Source: Tricharina praecox
Taxonomy: Eukaryota
Length of the DNA: 64,000 bases
Assembly (NCBI RefSeq): GCF_024521635.1
Contig: NW_026250405.1
Coordinates: 1,178,001-1,242,000, forward strand
Direction of reading: 5' to 3'
Shown: one piece after another, positions 63,717 through 64,000 of the stretch
Layout: each line of letters starts with the position of its first letter
Numbering within the stretch: the stretch's first letter is position 1
Translations under genes and position numbers: made by a program
Notes under the pieces: generated by a model
The model's database searches: none
The model's input: only the letters and a program-made list of their open reading frames with translations
Told to the model about the DNA's origin: nothing

Positions 63717-64000
63717 CTACAAGAAAGCACCAGCAACAACGACCAATCCCACCGCCAAACCCATACCCTTGACCACCCCGACCGCACCCGCCGCACTGTC
63801 AGCGCTGGCGGAGGCACTCGCCGAGGCGGCAGAAGCCCTAATCGAGCTTCCAGCACCAGCTCCAGAGGTACCACTCGTGGAGCTGCCCGTGGCCGTGGAG
63901 CTACCGCTGCCGCTGGGGACGACGATGGCGGAGGTGGTGGTCGGGAGGGTCGCGGAGAATGCGTTGCACCAGGCGGTGACCTGGCTGTCGATGCCGGACG
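63717..64000 (-). CDS. C-terminus of a putative GPI-anchored Ser/Ala/Thr-rich cell-surface protein (5' part outside the window)
   Basis: Open frame SGIDSQVTAWCNAFSATLPTTTS..SASASASADSAAGAVGVVKGMGLAVGLVVAGAFL-stop: S/T-rich stalk, small-residue omega region and hydrophobic tail. Confidence 0.78.
   Translation of the reverse strand, partial: SGIDSQVTAWCNAFSATLPTTTSAIVVPSGSGSSTATGSSTSGTSGAGAGSSIRASAASASASASADSAAGAVGVVKGMGLAVGLVVVAGAFL

Overview
Eukaryotic, intron-containing DNA from a filamentous ascomycete (GT..YTRAY..YAG introns; a Pezizomycetes-like origin is inference). There are three zones. (1) 1-12.7 kb is a nest of decayed Ty3/gypsy chromoviruses. Element A (+) is inserted into the 3' UTR of element B (-), B into the gag of element C (-), and C into a small LTR-like relic D; a C-family solo LTR with a 5-bp TSD sits inside B pol. 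B and C show Tf1-type self-priming PBSs, and B has a candidate GGAUUUU -1 frameshift signal. (2) About 12.8-47.3 kb is an SSR-rich desert of roughly 34 kb holding one recognisable gene (an Ecl1-family lifespan regulator), two non-autonomous TIR elements and a strongly over-represented TAGAGTAC/GTACTCTA word. (3) 47.3-64 kb is a normal gene-dense block: a TPX2-motif protein, a LaeA-like SAM methyltransferase, FMT1, CCZ1, a CHY/RING (Pirh2-like) E3, a mitochondrial carrier and the 3' end of a GPI-anchored protein. All calls are by eye; no database searches were run.
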